Shown: positions 49,001-63,420, counted from the first letter of the stretch. The stretch: 64,000 bases of DNA from Harriotta raleighana (GCA_050575255.1 JBNZDD010013687.1:2323312-2387311); one strand, 5' to 3'. Translations and numbers: made by a program. Notes: generated by a model from the letters alone, not told the origin.

Positions 49001-52000
49001 GGTTGAAGCTATGAATTTTAGCATGGATTGGGATTTGGACAACACCTTATCCTGCAGTTACATCTACTGCACCATCAATCCTGCCCAAATAACTGAGATT
49101 TCAGTTTCATAGGGGAAAAAGCCTCAGGTCTTACCTCCGAAACTCATTGCTCTTCCAAACTAAATCATCAGAAAGCATGAATAGTTTTCAATACATTTAA
49201 TCCAGTTTGGACCCAGGTATGATGAGAAGTCTTTCAAAGAAAAAAAGTTATTGAGCAAGAGATTTTATTCTGAATGGACAGACAGATGGCTAGCACACAA
49301 CTCACTTGTTCTTTTAGCATCAAGATGAAATACCCCCCCCCAAAAAAATGTTAAAAACAAAAATTGGTTCTCATCCAGGGTTTAAGCTCGGGTGAGGAAT
49401 TTCTTTCCAGAGCCAGTATAAGAGGCAGGTGCAGCCTTTTGAACTGTTTCAATGCTTGATGGGATGGCCATCTGTTCTTTAATTTCTGGAATCATTGAAA
49501 ATTCAGCATCTGTGTCCCAGTTCAGGCTTGAATCGTCGCCACTGTTTCTCTCCTCGATTCCAGACACTGGTAAAAGTATCCCAGGTTCCAGGCACAAAAA
49601 AGTCACCACTCTCATTGCGCTGCAACCCCAAACTTGGTACACAGCCTGTTCCTGGATAAATATTTACATTCCAGAGGTAATAGATAGCTTGTGTCATACA
49701 GCTCATCAACATAGTTAGCGACACTTGACATATGAAGCCAAATTTAGGGTGACAACAGGCTATGACCCAGGAAACATTCACATGCAGCGCACATCTATTC
49801 ACGTTAAACTTTCTACAGTTGACATGCAATACAACCTCATGTAAGTGTGCAAGAAGCTAGCTCTATTTTTAAACATGATCGTCAAGATGTTCTTTAATTG
49901 CTCAAAACTTGCAATGCATTTCAAAAATAAAATACTGTAGATATTTTATTTTGGAGAGTAACTGCCTTAAGTCTCCTTCGCTAAACTGGGAATGAGAGAT
50001 AGAGTGGGGGGGGGGTGGGAGGGAGAGGGGAGGGGAGGAAATCGCATTGCAATGTGACCTCAGCTTAATCACTGATAAACATATCCAGAAAAGGAGAAAG
50101 GCCTTTTACTCTTTGATTCAATTATGCTAGAATCAAAATTATCACTTTAAATTTGCAATGTGAAGCATTTGTTTATGCTACTGTGTATTTATAATAAATA
50201 AATAAAGGGCTATGTTGGCCTAAAAAGCCTACATTGCACATTTGTTTTGATGCAGTGATCAAGTCCACTTGGTACATAGGCTGCTAACGTTTTACACCAT
50301 TTAAATTTTTCTTTCAACAAGGATATCATTCTTTATTGTGACACACAGTTTATTTCTGTTAAGTTTAAATACAATATCTCTGAATTCCTCACCTAAACCG
50401 GAGCCTTTTAGCATCTAATCCTAAAAGGATGCGAACAATCTTTTGCCCTTTTCACTAGTACATGTTTCGACATTAAAAAATAAAATGTTGCAAGGCAGGT
50501 TACAGAACAATAATTATTTTAACTGGAGACGGGATGACTTAATATGCATCACAGGGCAACTACAAGTATAGTGATAAGAACTCTGGTAAAACATAATTTC
50601 TGAGGGCACCGGTGCACATTACAGTGGGAAGAGAGGGATGCTCCAAATTATGACAATTATAAATTAACCTTTAAATGAAGTGGGTGATTGCTACAACAAA
50701 CTGAAAATGTATTTTTTTAAATTAAATATCAAAATGATGTTAAATATTAAAATGATATTCAAGTAACAGTGTCCCAATTATAACCCCTTAACTGAAGCTC
50801 CTATCCAATTTCGTAGTGAAAGATCATGCTTAGGATTTTTAATGATTAACTTTCAGAAACATCTTAAGTGTCCCATCCTTTTGTAACTCGTCCATTTCCC
50901 AAGCAAGAACTGGCAATGTGCACACAACTTAAAGCCAGAGCATTAGCTCATTTCAGTACTTTTGCACACTTTTGCCATCTGTTGGCTGTGTACATTGAGG
51001 GCTGCTGTCTGATACTCTTCCGCCCGGCCTGATAACAATGACCAGCTCAGACCAGGTCTCCAGAGCAGAGAACAGCTGCAGGAGCTCAACAGCCAGAAAT
51101 AATGAACCACTGCTTTACAATAGTTGAGTGCCTCTCAGCACTCATGCTAGTGTTTCACTTGTATTCCCAATTCTATGGTGTTGCTTCTATACCACTACTT
51201 TGAACATTTAGGAAGTTACAGTCAAGTAGTAACCAGAAGGTCAGTGCTAATGATTGCTCATTCTTGAAAAAACTCCTAAAACAAAAATCTGGCTTGAAAA
51301 AGTTTTTAGTTAAGATTTTGAGGACAGAACATCCACCAAACTTTAGGCTTTGTATAATCCAAACCTGTAATATCAAATTCATGTTCCCTCTAGCCATTCT
51401 ATACATATCCCCTGTTCCTGGAATCTCCAGCTCTTTACTTGCCCTTCATGACAACTTTCAACAACAACAATAACAACTTTGATTTATATAGCGCCCTCCA
51501 CGTCAGACGCGTCTCTGAGCGCTTTCAATGTACTGAACTTAGCATAGTTTGATTAGCCGCAGAAGCACAGCATTCTGAACATCCAGCAGTGTGATCTCAG
51601 ACATGTGCAGCAAGAAGGTGCAAGATGGAAGAGCTTGCTTGACAAATATGCGGATTTATGAAAAATATTAGTAGCACAGGCTGGTGGGTTTTCAGATTTC
51701 TAATGAGCAAGATAATAGTTTAGAAATAGTAATCTGCCTTGACAAAACATACTTAACATTTGTTATTTTGCGGCACTCCCTTCCTTCCCACAGCTTGTTA
51801 CTGTGGGAGAGGTCCTGAAGAAGAGGAAATCGAGCTGTGTACGATACTGCAGTCTGCACTGATTGTGCCTCAACATGGTATGATCATTATAAGTAAGTTC
51901 GGATAGTCTCAATGGTAGGCTTGATTTGGACAACTTGTTGTTTGGCACAAAAATACCTGTCCTCATTAAGAGTATTCAAACCAGAATTCCACATATGTAT

Positions 52001-55000
52001 GCCACTTACAAGCTACAGGACACTACCCTGCACAAAGGTGCCATATAAATGCAAGTTGTTATTGTAGACATCGAAATTTCCCTGAGTCTGGGATAGAATG
52101 CACACTTGCTTCCTGGAGAGACTATCCCTTCTTTAATAGTTCCAGAGAGCATTAAGCACAGGCTGTCGAGAGCCAAAGGTTGGGGACCCTAGGTCTCAAT
52201 GATAGACACAACCCTGATTTCAATGTGTAGGTTAATGAAGTACCAACTAGGAAGCTCACAGTCCTTTCCATAGTTTATCTTAGAAGAGTACATGCTTCAC
52301 ACATTCACAGCAGCAAGTGAGAGAAATGAATGCTGAATTTGTTGTCATAAATGATAAGTACATAAACACACAAAATAAACACAGCTTTTCACCACTTCCG
52401 TGCCTCAAGAATCTTGTCATGTAATCCAAATGCTCCCAGTTGCCTGACTTCCCTTGTCCACCTGCTTATCTGCGTTGTATGGAACATTTAGCAGCACCCC
52501 CTGGATTTTCCAAATAGAGCTTTAAAAGATTTTGCAAGGACCATTTTACAATGTGTGTACACAGACTATTTTTTCATTCCCCAAAATACTACTTTTTCTT
52601 TAGTTCCAAAATCATTAAATTTAAGTACAACTTGTTCCTTAAACCACTGCCCTTGCTCTAAAGGTAGCAGTGGGAGGGTGTAACCCTGGAGGAAGAAGTG
52701 AGGCTGGCAGTGAGCAATGTAAACAATGTATCAGTGCCAAAGAGCAGTAAGATGTGCGTTTGCAAACAGCATTGGAGAATACAGATGTAATGCCAGAAAA
52801 CTTGCTTCCTCAGTTTTATTAATTCAACCAACATTTTGCAGGTCAAGGGCTTGGGAGGCTGTCATGAAAAGGCACTTGCAAACAGTGGAATGTATCTCAC
52901 TAAATTTATACAATCAAAACAACAGCCTGGCTGCTACAACCAAGTGTGGGTGCACAGACCACCGAAAATATTTATGCTATTCAACAGTCTTTCATTTGCC
53001 TAAATGCATTAATCTACTAGGGCTCTTGGATTACTTTCTGATAATCCCTAGAGTTTCTACAGAAAGATTCCAGCTCCAGGAATAGCACCAATTATTTTTT
53101 TTGTCACTGATCTGGTTTACTTCATAATGCCAAAGAGTTACAGAGATAGACATTTGCGATAAGACAAAAGTAGGAATAAAATCCCAATCCCGAGTACTGG
53201 TAAGTAAGAAGCACTCCTCACTAGTGTTGGGCAAATCAGTAAAGGGAGGTGAATGTGAGGAAGCACTTACTTTTAATAGCGGTTAACCCTCAATGCTTGG
53301 ACCACATTAAATACTTTCATACATATTTGACAATGTTAATGAAGCATGACTTGGATATGCAAATGAAATCGGAGTCTTGGACATAAAATGCAGTCTCAGA
53401 CACGGCTACGTGGGATTTGATTTTGAACGTGACAGCCAAACACCTCTAGACTGAGATGAGAGTTGTCTCACAAAGTTACAGAAAGCATGAAAGCATCCTC
53501 TGTCTTTTGAGCAGTGCCAATTAAGATCCTATTACAATCCTACTTCATAGTGCACTTGTGACATGCAGAGAATACTTAGCAGTAAATCACTGAGTGTGGA
53601 ACTTATTTGTGGGATTGATTCCACATTGATTCAATGTCTTACTGTCACATCTTCTGAGTATAATGTTTGCCAAAGTCAACAATACCGTGTATTCATTTCA
53701 GACACGCCTTTCCCTTCCTATTTTGGTATCCTGTAAGAATTCTAAAACTGGACACTTTGCTACCATGACAGGCTCCCTTTATCTGCACTGAAGCTATCAC
53801 ATTGTATATCGACACGCTACACCAGAAGAACTTTCTGCTACTGAGTACACCACGATGTACACCAGACTTTTTTTAAAAAAAATAAACAAAAATAAATAAA
53901 AATGTTCCTGTTTTATTGGCCTACTCGCTGTTGCTATTAATTAGGTCAGCACTCCAAGAATTGGCATCTGGCATTTGCAGGCTGACAGAAAGCTGGCAGC
54001 AGGAGCCACATGTCTTTCTCTCAAATGAAGCAATTTATTTACCCATCACTGCCAAATGCATGCTGACTGGTCTCACAGGCAGACACGTGTATTCTCCACA
54101 TCTAAGGCCTGTGCTTGCTCTTCACACTTCAGACACAATCTCCTAGAGATTCACTGATGCTCAGCTTCAATTGCCGACATTTCCGTTAACTGAAAAATAT
54201 AATTCATGTTGCAAACAGTTCAAATGGGTCTTCTAACCCACCGCTGAATGTCGTATTTCAAAACAAGCATTTTGAGAGGGATTTGTCCATCACTGGAGTT
54301 GGGATAGAAACATTTGGGAGGATAAGGATTCTTGAAAACATGGAAATAGCTTGGCTGATATCAAGAGATATCAAGAGATTGAGACTTGCCCAATCTTTCT
54401 CTTAATCATTCATCGAAAATATTTTAATAGATTTTGGTCAACAGTATGGCAAAATTTGTAATAACCAGCATGGGGCAAAATTGCCAGATGAGGTAGGAGT
54501 AATTCGGACTTGAACATCCCATCACAGGATGGTGGTTTTTGGTAGCGTTGCATATTCTGAGTTTTGCACTTGAAAACCTTTGCTTCAAGGATGTTCTGAC
54601 CCACTGCAGTAAAGCAATAGTACTGTAATAGCATTTATTGCTCTGGTTTGAACCTGAGAGATGAGAAAGGCTACCCCTACCTAATGAATTGCGTTCCAAT
54701 CTCATTTAAAAATGTCACCTGCCATTATTGTATTATTACAGGTTGGAAGACAGTATGTACTTAGTATTTATACTGTGTTGCTGCATAGGAATTCAAATGT
54801 GACAGCCAAACATCTCTGGAGTCAGGTGAGAGTTGTGCCACAAGTTGCAGGAAGTATGAACCATTTAGTCACAACTCAAGGCTCAACACTTGCCCGGGTC
54901 ATTGTATGTCCCAGTTATACTGTGCCAAGAGGAGAAGTGTTGACGTTTTATAAAAGGGATGTGAGTAGACAGCAGATTTGTCCTGTCTGCTGGCATTGTA

Positions 55001-55829
55001 GTTAAGTGTGAAGTAGTGCTCCTTCTATACGTACTCAAAATGCATGCCCAGAATACTGATTACTGGTGTCTGATTGGATGTTTACTCAAATATTGAGCTG
55101 TGCTAATGGTGTGAGACATGCTCTTTCAGGTGATTCGGGTGCTGGAAATTGGCATGACTCATACTCCGCCTGAAACCCAAACTGATTTACGAAGGATCCA
55201 AAGCATTTCTTTCATTCCCCTTTAGAACATTCAGTTGTGATTAGTTGCAAAATGGCATTTTCATACGTGTTCCAAGAAAGTAAAATGGGCAAAGGAACTG
55301 TGCTATTTACAACTCACATTGGGTTTTAATGACCTTATAGCAAAGCAATAATTTGTGAATGAATGTGAACCAAATTTTAACTGAAATAGAAACCTTGAAA
55401 CTGATTAGCCAATTATGCAGCTGATTTAATGAGGACAATTATTTAACCGTGAAAAGTCTCACTTTGCAAAAGGTTCAAATTCTGCCTCTATTTCACTGTG
55501 TACTGCACCCGGCACATATATTGTAAGCATTCTGAGAATTCTCCTACTCACTAGATAAAGTAAGTTGTTATTGGTTGCACACTTGCAAAAGTTTTGGACA
55601 GAAGTGATAACCTGAAGATGGTTTTAGGGCATGTTGTGTAATCACGCTCGAGTCAATTCGTTCTGTGACTCCACGGAATTAAAGGACAGCAGATTTCAGC
55701 AGATTAATTAGGTGAAGATTTTCAGACAGTTAGCAGTACCCGGAGGATTTCTCCATAGTAGAGTAGGCAAAATTTTAAACACAGTTGTCAGGATCATATC
55801 GTGTGGATCACTGTAAATCTTATATTGTT

Positions 55830-55920
55830 AATAATAATCATCATATTACATTTGGTATAGTGTCTTTCACATGGGTAGGACATCCCAAAGCGTTTCATGC
55901 ATTTATTATGAAGTGACTGT
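55830..55920 (-). mobile_element. SINE/L2-type tail
   Basis: aataataatcatc ... tttcacatgggtaggacatcccaaagcgttt. Confidence 0.65.
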
Positions 55921-55955
55921 GTTGACGATTATTAAAACCGACCAAACTAAAAAGT

Positions 55956-56565
55956 AACAACAACAAAATTACATTTGTAAAGTGTCTTTACATCCTAGGA
56001 GGACATCCTAAGGTACTGGACAGTCAATGTTTTCAGACCTGAGGAGGGCTCGAGATTGGGGAGGGTGGTGGGAAAAGGGGGATTTGGGGTGAATGATGGG
56101 ATCCTTGGAGGGTCTGGAGGTGGGACTTGAAAGAGGCAAGGGAGGGACTGCCGAATGGTGGGGTTGGTGGATCAGGAGACATGGAGCAGGCCAGAGCCCG
56201 CTGTGCAGAGAGAGCCGGCAGGTTGGTAGGGAGTTAGGAGGTTGCAGAGGTAGGATGGGGCAAGGGGATGTTGAAGGTGAGGACCAGGATCTTGAATTGA
56301 TGCTTCTGGTTGATGGAGCCAATGGAGTCGGGTGAGAATGGAGGAGATGGGGTCGCGGAGTTTGGAGTGGTAGAGTACACTGTCCGCAGAGTTATGGAGG
56401 GAGCAGAAAGATGGAGTTAGGTGGAAATTGACTCCATGTCTACGGATAATGTCACCAAGGAGGAGCATGTAACTGCCAAGAACGCCAAGGACAGAGCTCT
56501 GGGGGACGCCACAGGTGACAGTGTGGGGCCTGGAAGTGAAGCCACTGGTAGCGACAAAGGGGAAA
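55956..56565 (-). mobile_element. L2 LINE fragment with internal deletions
   Basis: Reverse ORF HTVTCGVPQSSVLG ... YMLLLGDIIRRHGVNFH ... ISSILTRLHWL, with the L2 tail at the low-coordinate end. Confidence 0.9.
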
Positions 56566-56820
56566 CAAGCATATTTCTTCAAATGATGTATTGCTAAACT
56601 AAATCGAAATGAGAGAAATATCAGATTACAAAATAGTTTATTAGTTAGTGTATTTGAAAATACTCACATCTGTTTGGTAGGCAATTCTATTTATCTTTCC
56701 CAATCAGGATAATCATATTATGTCTGACAAAAACACCTCGTCGCCCATCTTGTGTGGACAATATTGCACTTTGCATCAGCAACCAACATTTGCCTACAGA
56801 ATATAGATGCTACACTTTAC

Positions 56821-56955
56821 ATAATAATAATCCTTGCATTTGATGTAGCGCTTTTCACTTCTTCTAAACATCTCAAAGAGCTTCACAGAATATACTGTAG
56901 AGTGAATTGATTATGTATGTGGGTGAAATGCGGCAGCCAATTGTGCACAGCAATT
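56821..56955 (-). mobile_element. SINE 3' half
   Basis: ataataataatccttgcatttgatgtagcgc ... gcggcagccaattgtgcacagca. Confidence 0.88.
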
Positions 56956-57040
56956 ATATCCTGATTATAATCTGTGAATCGTATTTGAGACATACTCCTG
57001 ACATGAAAGGCTATACATGAAAGTATATCAAATGCATGTA

Positions 57041-57741
57041 CAGTAAAAGCCCGTTTATCCGGCACCCTCGGGACCTGGCCAGTGGCAGTTAAACAGTTTT
57101 CCGGTTGAACATTTTTAAAAATAATTTTTTAATAAAAATCATTTTAACACATATCATATTAATAATAAATAATAACAGATAATAACAATATTGTATGGGT
57201 ATGTTATTGTAAATGTTGTACACTGTACCTTATAAATAAGAGTAAATACAGTAATAACAGATACTGTAATAACAGGATATTGTATGGCTACTTTATTGTA
57301 AATGTTGAACAATGCTATATAAATAAGACTAAATACACTAATAACAGATACTATAATAACAGAATATTGTATTAGTACTTTATTATTTATACTTAACTAC
57401 GCAATGGCCGCCCCCACAGAGGAAACAAAAACAGCAATATTGAGACTTTTTCACGAGTTGAGACTCGACTAGCGGCCAGCTGAGTACCTGCACCAGTACT
57501 TGTGTGCAACAGTCGATTCATTCAATGCGTCATCACTATGCTGCCAGATAACTTCCGGCNGTTGAGACTCGACTAGCGGCCAGCTGAGTACCTGCACCAG
57601 TACTTGTGTGTGCAACAGTCGATTCATTAAATGCGTCATCACTATGCTGCCAGATAACTTCCGGTTTATCGTATCGGGACTTTTTTTTTTAGGTTCAGGG
57701 GTTTCCGGTTCATTAAGTCACGGATAAACGGGCTTTTACTG
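57041..57741. mobile_element. Tigger/pogo-like MITE
   Basis: Perfect 21-bp TIRs cagtaaaagcccgtttatccg / cggataaacgggcttttactg, TA on both sides, no ORF. Confidence 0.93.
57170..57385. repeat. AT-rich ~88-bp tandem repeat (about 2.5 units) inside the MITE
   Basis: atattgtat recurs at about 57188, 57277 and 57364, with aataacagata and ttattgtaaatgttg repeated. Confidence 0.8.
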
Positions 57742-58236
57742 TATTACTAATATGTTTAATTCACTCAAATATTAAGTACAAATACTAAGAATGCTTCACT
57801 CAGTCGTGCCGCTGCTTTGTAAGGTATTTTTTCTTAAACCATTAAGAATACATAAGGTCAGATTCAAGCAGCAAAAATAATCCAAATTTTGTGCTAGCAT
57901 TCTTAACTGTGTAGAAACAGATCATTTTGTTTAACAGGCAAATTTGAAAAAAATAAGACATAGTCACATGAACACATTAATGCAAAGAAAAGCAAAAGAG
58001 ACTGAAATGTGAAGGGAAAAACAACCCAACATATAAATGCCTGAGAGCTCTAAATGTTCCCACCCCAGAATGTTGTCCTTTGAAGTCCAATTCAGTAATT
58101 CTCCCTTCATTTATACTGGTCAAGCAATCTCAGAAGATTATTTTTGATCCTTCAAATTCTACAGTAGAATTCTCAAGAACAAGCAATAGTAATTGAATCC
58201 TTCTCAGCTCCTGAAAATGAGAGCTCAAAAGGAGAG

Positions 58237-58250
58237 GTTTCCATGGTAAC
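58237..58250. promoter_or_regulatory. RFX X-box motif
   Basis: GTTTCCATGGTAAC, a near-consensus X-box in non-repetitive sequence. Confidence 0.5.
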
Positions 58251-59004
58251 CAATGCACAGCAATGAAACCTTGTGTCATTACCTTTGAATTGCCTGAAAA
58301 CTGGAAAGGATGGTTTAAAAGCCTGCCATTTTCTCTGAACAGAAAACCAAAATGCCGGCTTAAAGCACCAATAACATACCCAATGCACATCCGAGCAAAT
58401 GCAGTCACATCTCAAGTGCTATCCATTTTGTTGTGAGATTCCCCCATTTCCTGAAGGACTATTGCTTTGTTCCCTCTTCACAATACCAATGAATCTTTAC
58501 ACGGTTTCTATGAAAATTTCTCCCTCCTCCCCAGGTGCCATTCCAAAATGGTGGTTTCAGCTTGTTTTAAATCTGATTCTTTAATTTTTCCCTTTGTAAT
58601 TCCATGTGCCCTCCTCACTCTTCTTTGTTTTAATCACACAGTATGAATCGGCTCCAAATGAGCAAAGTCTTTCTTTTTGCACACAAATAATGAATGTGTA
58701 CTATAATTGTAAAAAAAAAGCATATATCACGGTCTAAATACTGGAGTCTAATTTGCAAATTGGATTCACAATCCATGTTAGATATTTGCAGGTTGGGTCA
58801 ACCATGTACTAATTGATGTGAGCAGCATCTGAATATAAGGCAACTTGGCCCCCGGGCTTTTACCTGCTTCTGTTATGGTTACTTAGCTGGCAGATCAGTC
58901 AGGTAAGGGAGCCAATCTATCAGACATGTACAGAACATCAACTCATCATCTGTATGATTATGTTTGTACATGTGCAGTGTTGTCCTAGTTGTAACATGAA
59001 AAGT

Positions 59005-59470
59005 AAATAAATAATAATAATCGTTTCATTTGATATATCACCTTTCACACCAGGAGGATATCTCAACAACAACAAAATTACACTTGTACAGCACCTTTCA
59101 CGTCGGGAGGACGTCCCAAAGCGCTGAACAGTCAGGTCGGGACCCGAGCATGGGGGGGATCAGGGGTAGGGGGAGGGGGAAGGAGAGTAAGAAGAGTTAG
59201 GGTGCGGGGGAACCGAAGGCGCGGTCGAAGAGGAAGGTCTTGAGACCGGCCTTGAAGGAGGAAAGGGAGGAAGCAAGGCCGAGGGACTGTAGGATGGAGT
59301 TCCAGAGTGCTTCACTGGTTCTACTGCAAAATATCGTAACTGATTTGTGCACAGCAATATCCCACAAACAACCATGAAGTGAGTAACCGATTTTATTTGG
59401 GAGATTGTTGGCCAGGACACCAGAAAAAAAAAAATCTTCTTTTAAACAGTGGGAATGGGATCTTAAATTT
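59005..59470 (-). mobile_element. Composite: SINE-type tail, L2 3' fragment (59064-59307), DeuSINE remnant (59335-59470)
   Basis: Three consecutive recognisable pieces: (ata)n tail; (aac)n aaattacac ... ggagttccaga; tttgtgcacagcaatatcccacaaac ... ttggccaggacacc. Confidence 0.82.
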
Positions 59471-61698
59471 TTATCAGAACAAAAACATGGTTAAGTGCAA
59501 ATTGGGTATCTCTTGTGCCTAAAATGCCCAGTAAAATCCTATGAAGCATTTTGAAGTTCCAACGATATAAGGTGTTATATCAAATACAATGATTATCATC
59601 AATTATTATTGTTACTATTATTGTATCTCGTGCTGGTACATAAATCTGCTGTACCATCTCGTTCAACACATTCACTCCCACTCTTGTTTGTTTTGTATTT
59701 CTAAGTCATGATTTCAATAAATTCAAGATAGCATTATTGCAAAATTATTATAATTAAATTCTCATCTGCAGTGCTCTATGATGTTTGAGACTCCAAATAC
59801 AAATCAGCATTCAGACAGTAAGTGTTTAAATTTAAATAAATTATACACCAATCTGATCCACAGAAACCCAGTTTTATGCATTGTTACTTTTAAAGTACAC
59901 CTTCTCTAATAATTACTCAGGTCATTTAAGATATAAATTTGAACAGGCTTCGCCCAGTTCCCATTACATTTTGACTCTCAGAAATGAACTGCCTTTAATT
60001 TAGCATTCAAATATTGCTCAGAAAAGCTACAGAATGACTGCTGTCAGAAATGGAAAGTTAGGCGTGATTTTCTGTGGTTGTCCCTGAAGCACATTGTTAT
60101 ATCTGAATGAAGGAAATTCAAGATCCAACAATGCTTGTATGCTTGATCACTGCTTGGTGGTGTGCTGGGCACTTAGAATGGGTCGAGGAATTCAATTTCC
60201 CAAACTATTTTCATTCACTTTGATCAGCCAAAGCTCACAACGGAAAGAGTTTTTAAAAGTTTACAGGGAAGTTAATAAATTTGTCCCTTTGTGCCAGAGA
60301 GAGAAAAAATCAGTTTAAAGAAAAATGTCCTGCAAAGCTCTGGTAAAGCAGGTGATCTCACATTATTAGACAGAAGTAAGTAATTTGCTTTGATATGTAG
60401 TAGTAATTAGAGCCATGTAACATGAAATCATTATTTTAATTGAACAAACATGCAGAAACTGGACTCAGTTACTTCTGACAAACAGTTATACAATTACTGT
60501 GCATGTGCTTTTCATTAGCAAGTGTTTTGCAATATGGGGGCGGAGGATTTGTAGAGCTTGAGAACTTCCTCATTTGAACCTTAGAGATGACTTATGAACA
60601 CTCTCCTCTCTTGTAACCTTCACCAGTGGGATTTCTCCTCCTCTCCAAATTTACAGATACATACCAGATTGCATCTATGAGTGTGCAGACTATGAAAACG
60701 CAAACATCCCAACTTTCTGCTGGAATGGGGAATGGAAAAACCACAGCCGTTCTGATCCATTGCCAAGCTAAGCAATAAATCAGTATCTTCGGTCAAACCA
60801 CACTTCAGAGAGTTTTAATTTAGACCATAAACAGTATCTGCACATATTCATTATGGCCATGCCCTCTTTAATTCTTCTTGCAATGTTACGGCTTTGAAGA
60901 TACACACCAGGTGCACAACAATTCACCCAAAGTAATTTTTTAAATATAAAAACAGCATAAAATAGTCTCAGCCCATTAACTTCAAACTGAAAACAAATCG
61001 GAATAAACATTTTTCCTCAAGTTGCATCAATGTCATTAAAAGAGACTGTGTATTTTCGTATCAACCAATAAAACTGAACCTAGAAGAGACTGGATAATCA
61101 AAGGCATCTTTACAATGATAATAAATTTTATATATTTATTTATTGGACAGATGCTTGTGGTATCTTAATGCAAACACTCTCTGGGTGCCAAAACCACAGT
61201 TGAAATTTCCACAATCATTTTTTGTCATCGTGGCCTCCTTCAATTTTCCGTCAAGTTATTTTGATGCAAAATTCCTGGGTGTGGACCAAAACTAATTTAT
61301 TTCTTTTTCATCAAAAATAGGAAATCCTGGAAATGCATCATATCAATTATGATGAAAGCTCACGCCCAAACTATTAACCTTGTTTTCCCTCTCAAACATT
61401 CTTCTGACCTGAAAGGTGCTATATAAATGTAAGGTTGTATTTTTGTTTTTATTTTGTTGTTATTGTCAATCAAGCTGCCATGCATTGCAGCATTTTTGAT
61501 TTGTTTCAGAGTTACATCACATGCAGCATTTTCATATTCCAGTTTTCATACTTCATACTTATACTCCTCTCCAATATCCCAATACTGCCCCCAATATCAA
61601 AGTCGTTATATAAATGTAAATTCGTATTATATTGTCTCACATTCTCTCTTGTGTACAAATTCTCACATATGATATACTGCCTTATAGTCCACAACATT

Positions 61699-61882
61699 TA
61701 TAATAATAACAATAATCCTTGCATTTGGTATAGTACCTTATCGTATCTTATCATATCTTTGAGATATGTCTCAAAGTACTTCACAGAATATACTGTGAAA
61801 TGAATCCAATGTATATTTTGTGGGCGAAACGCGGCAGCCCAATGAACACAGCAATACCCCACAAACAGTCTTGGAATGAGCA
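61699..61882 (-). mobile_element. SINE 3' half
   Basis: aataatccttgcatttggtatag ... gaaacgcggcagccc ... cccacaaacagtcttgga. Confidence 0.88.
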
Positions 61883-62783
61883 AAAATTGCAGTAGAGTTT
61901 ATATTTTTGGACTAAATGGAAGTATTAGAAGGTTTTAAGCATCTTAGTTCAGCTCAGTACAGTATTACCATACTTTATATTTGCATTTTTGTGCTTGGCT
62001 CTGGATTGTGCAGCAAATATGCAGAGTCTCCCAGCTAGCATAGAAATTCTCAGAGACCGATAGGGAGAGCTTCCAGCTCAGTGACAGCATAGCTGAAAGG
62101 GAGAATGAAACGAGTTGTTCTCTGTGTTTTACTGAATGAATATCCCACTGTGTGCTGAAGACACACTCACATTTTCACTTCCACTTATGTCATTTCTTGG
62201 CTAGTTATACGAATCACAAAAGCAAACCAGAGCATATGTAAGACTGGCTATTGATATTTTGAGGCAAGATGGACCTCAGTGAAGGTGCTGTTTGGAGTCT
62301 TATTGACAGAGTGAGTATAACCTCCACATTGAGATGTGAAATAGTCTAACAACGAGCAGTCTGAGCACCTTGCATGAGTAAGTGACATGTCATATTTTAT
62401 GTGTCTGTGAAACTGCTCCATCTCTGCAAGCAAAAATGGATATGCGATATTAGAGATATATTATCATTTAATCCATATGAAGACACTAAACTCTTAAACT
62501 TGGTTAATACTAATTTCTAAACACTGGAACCAATACCAACCAAATGAATATTTCAAATTGATCATATCGTTGTCCATAAAATGAATACACTGAGCTTGTA
62601 CATCCACTGCAATCAATTTTTATATAATGTTAAGCTGGCACAGAACATATTTTATGTATTTGGTCATTATGGAATATAAACCAAATGTACCTACTACAAA
62701 TTGCATTTAGTATGGTGCTTTTAATGATGCCTTCAAAAGCATTTCGCACAAGGAGTTAAATTGAACTGTAGAAACTATTGTTA

Positions 62784-63146
62784 CAGAAACACCTCGTTTA
62801 TCCATGACCTGATCAACCCAATTGCTCGACCCCCTTCCAGGACAATTCTCCATTCCAGCAATCGTGCGTTTGCTCATTTTCCACATGCGTGCAATGTGTG
62901 CGCATGCGCACTTATTAAACTTATGAACTTGGGTTTTTTACCGATCTTTTTACTGAGTGTGCTGGAATGCTTTATTGCTAAGTATCCATTCAACATTCTA
63001 TTACTATTTAGTCTATTATTAACATGGTATGTTTTAAAATAAGTTAATTTTTTATGTTGGATTTTCAGCAACTTGCCCCCTGTTTATCCGGCACAGTCAA
63101 TTAGTCGACCCCCCCGCGAGGGTACCGGATAAACGTGGTTTTACTG
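62784..63146. mobile_element. Tigger/pogo-like MITE (second subfamily)
   Basis: ta|cagaaacacctcgtttatcc ... ggataaacgtggttttactg|ta imperfect TIRs, related to those at 57041. Confidence 0.85.
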
Positions 63147-63149
63147 TAT

Positions 63150-63420
63150 ATAGGCAAATGCAGCAGAGATGACTGACATACACCAACAAGATGAATGACT
63201 AATTAATCTTTCTTTGATGCTTTTGGACGAGGGAAGAATATTGGCCAAGATGTTATTATAATTCTGTGTTCTTCTTTGAAATAGTGCCATGGGATTTTTA
63301 ATGTTCATTTGAATTGGCAGATAGAACGTCGGCTTAATGTTTCATCAGAATTGGATCGATATGCAATAAAAAGTAAATATGCAGTGCTCTGGATCACAGT
63401 GCAATAAAGAGTATGTATCT
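63150..63420 (-). mobile_element. DeuSINE-like fragment
   Basis: gggaagaatattggccaaga ... cttctttgaaatagtgccatgggattttta ... ggcagatagaacgtcggcttaatgtttcatcagaa. Confidence 0.75.

Noticed and set aside
50004-50037. G-rich tract (also 35254-35279)
   Set aside because: Simple low-complexity runs with no evidence of function.
57457-57664. ~103-bp tandem duplication inside the MITE
   Set aside because: The copies are separated by a single N and differ at only two places. Most likely an unmerged contig or haplotype overlap.
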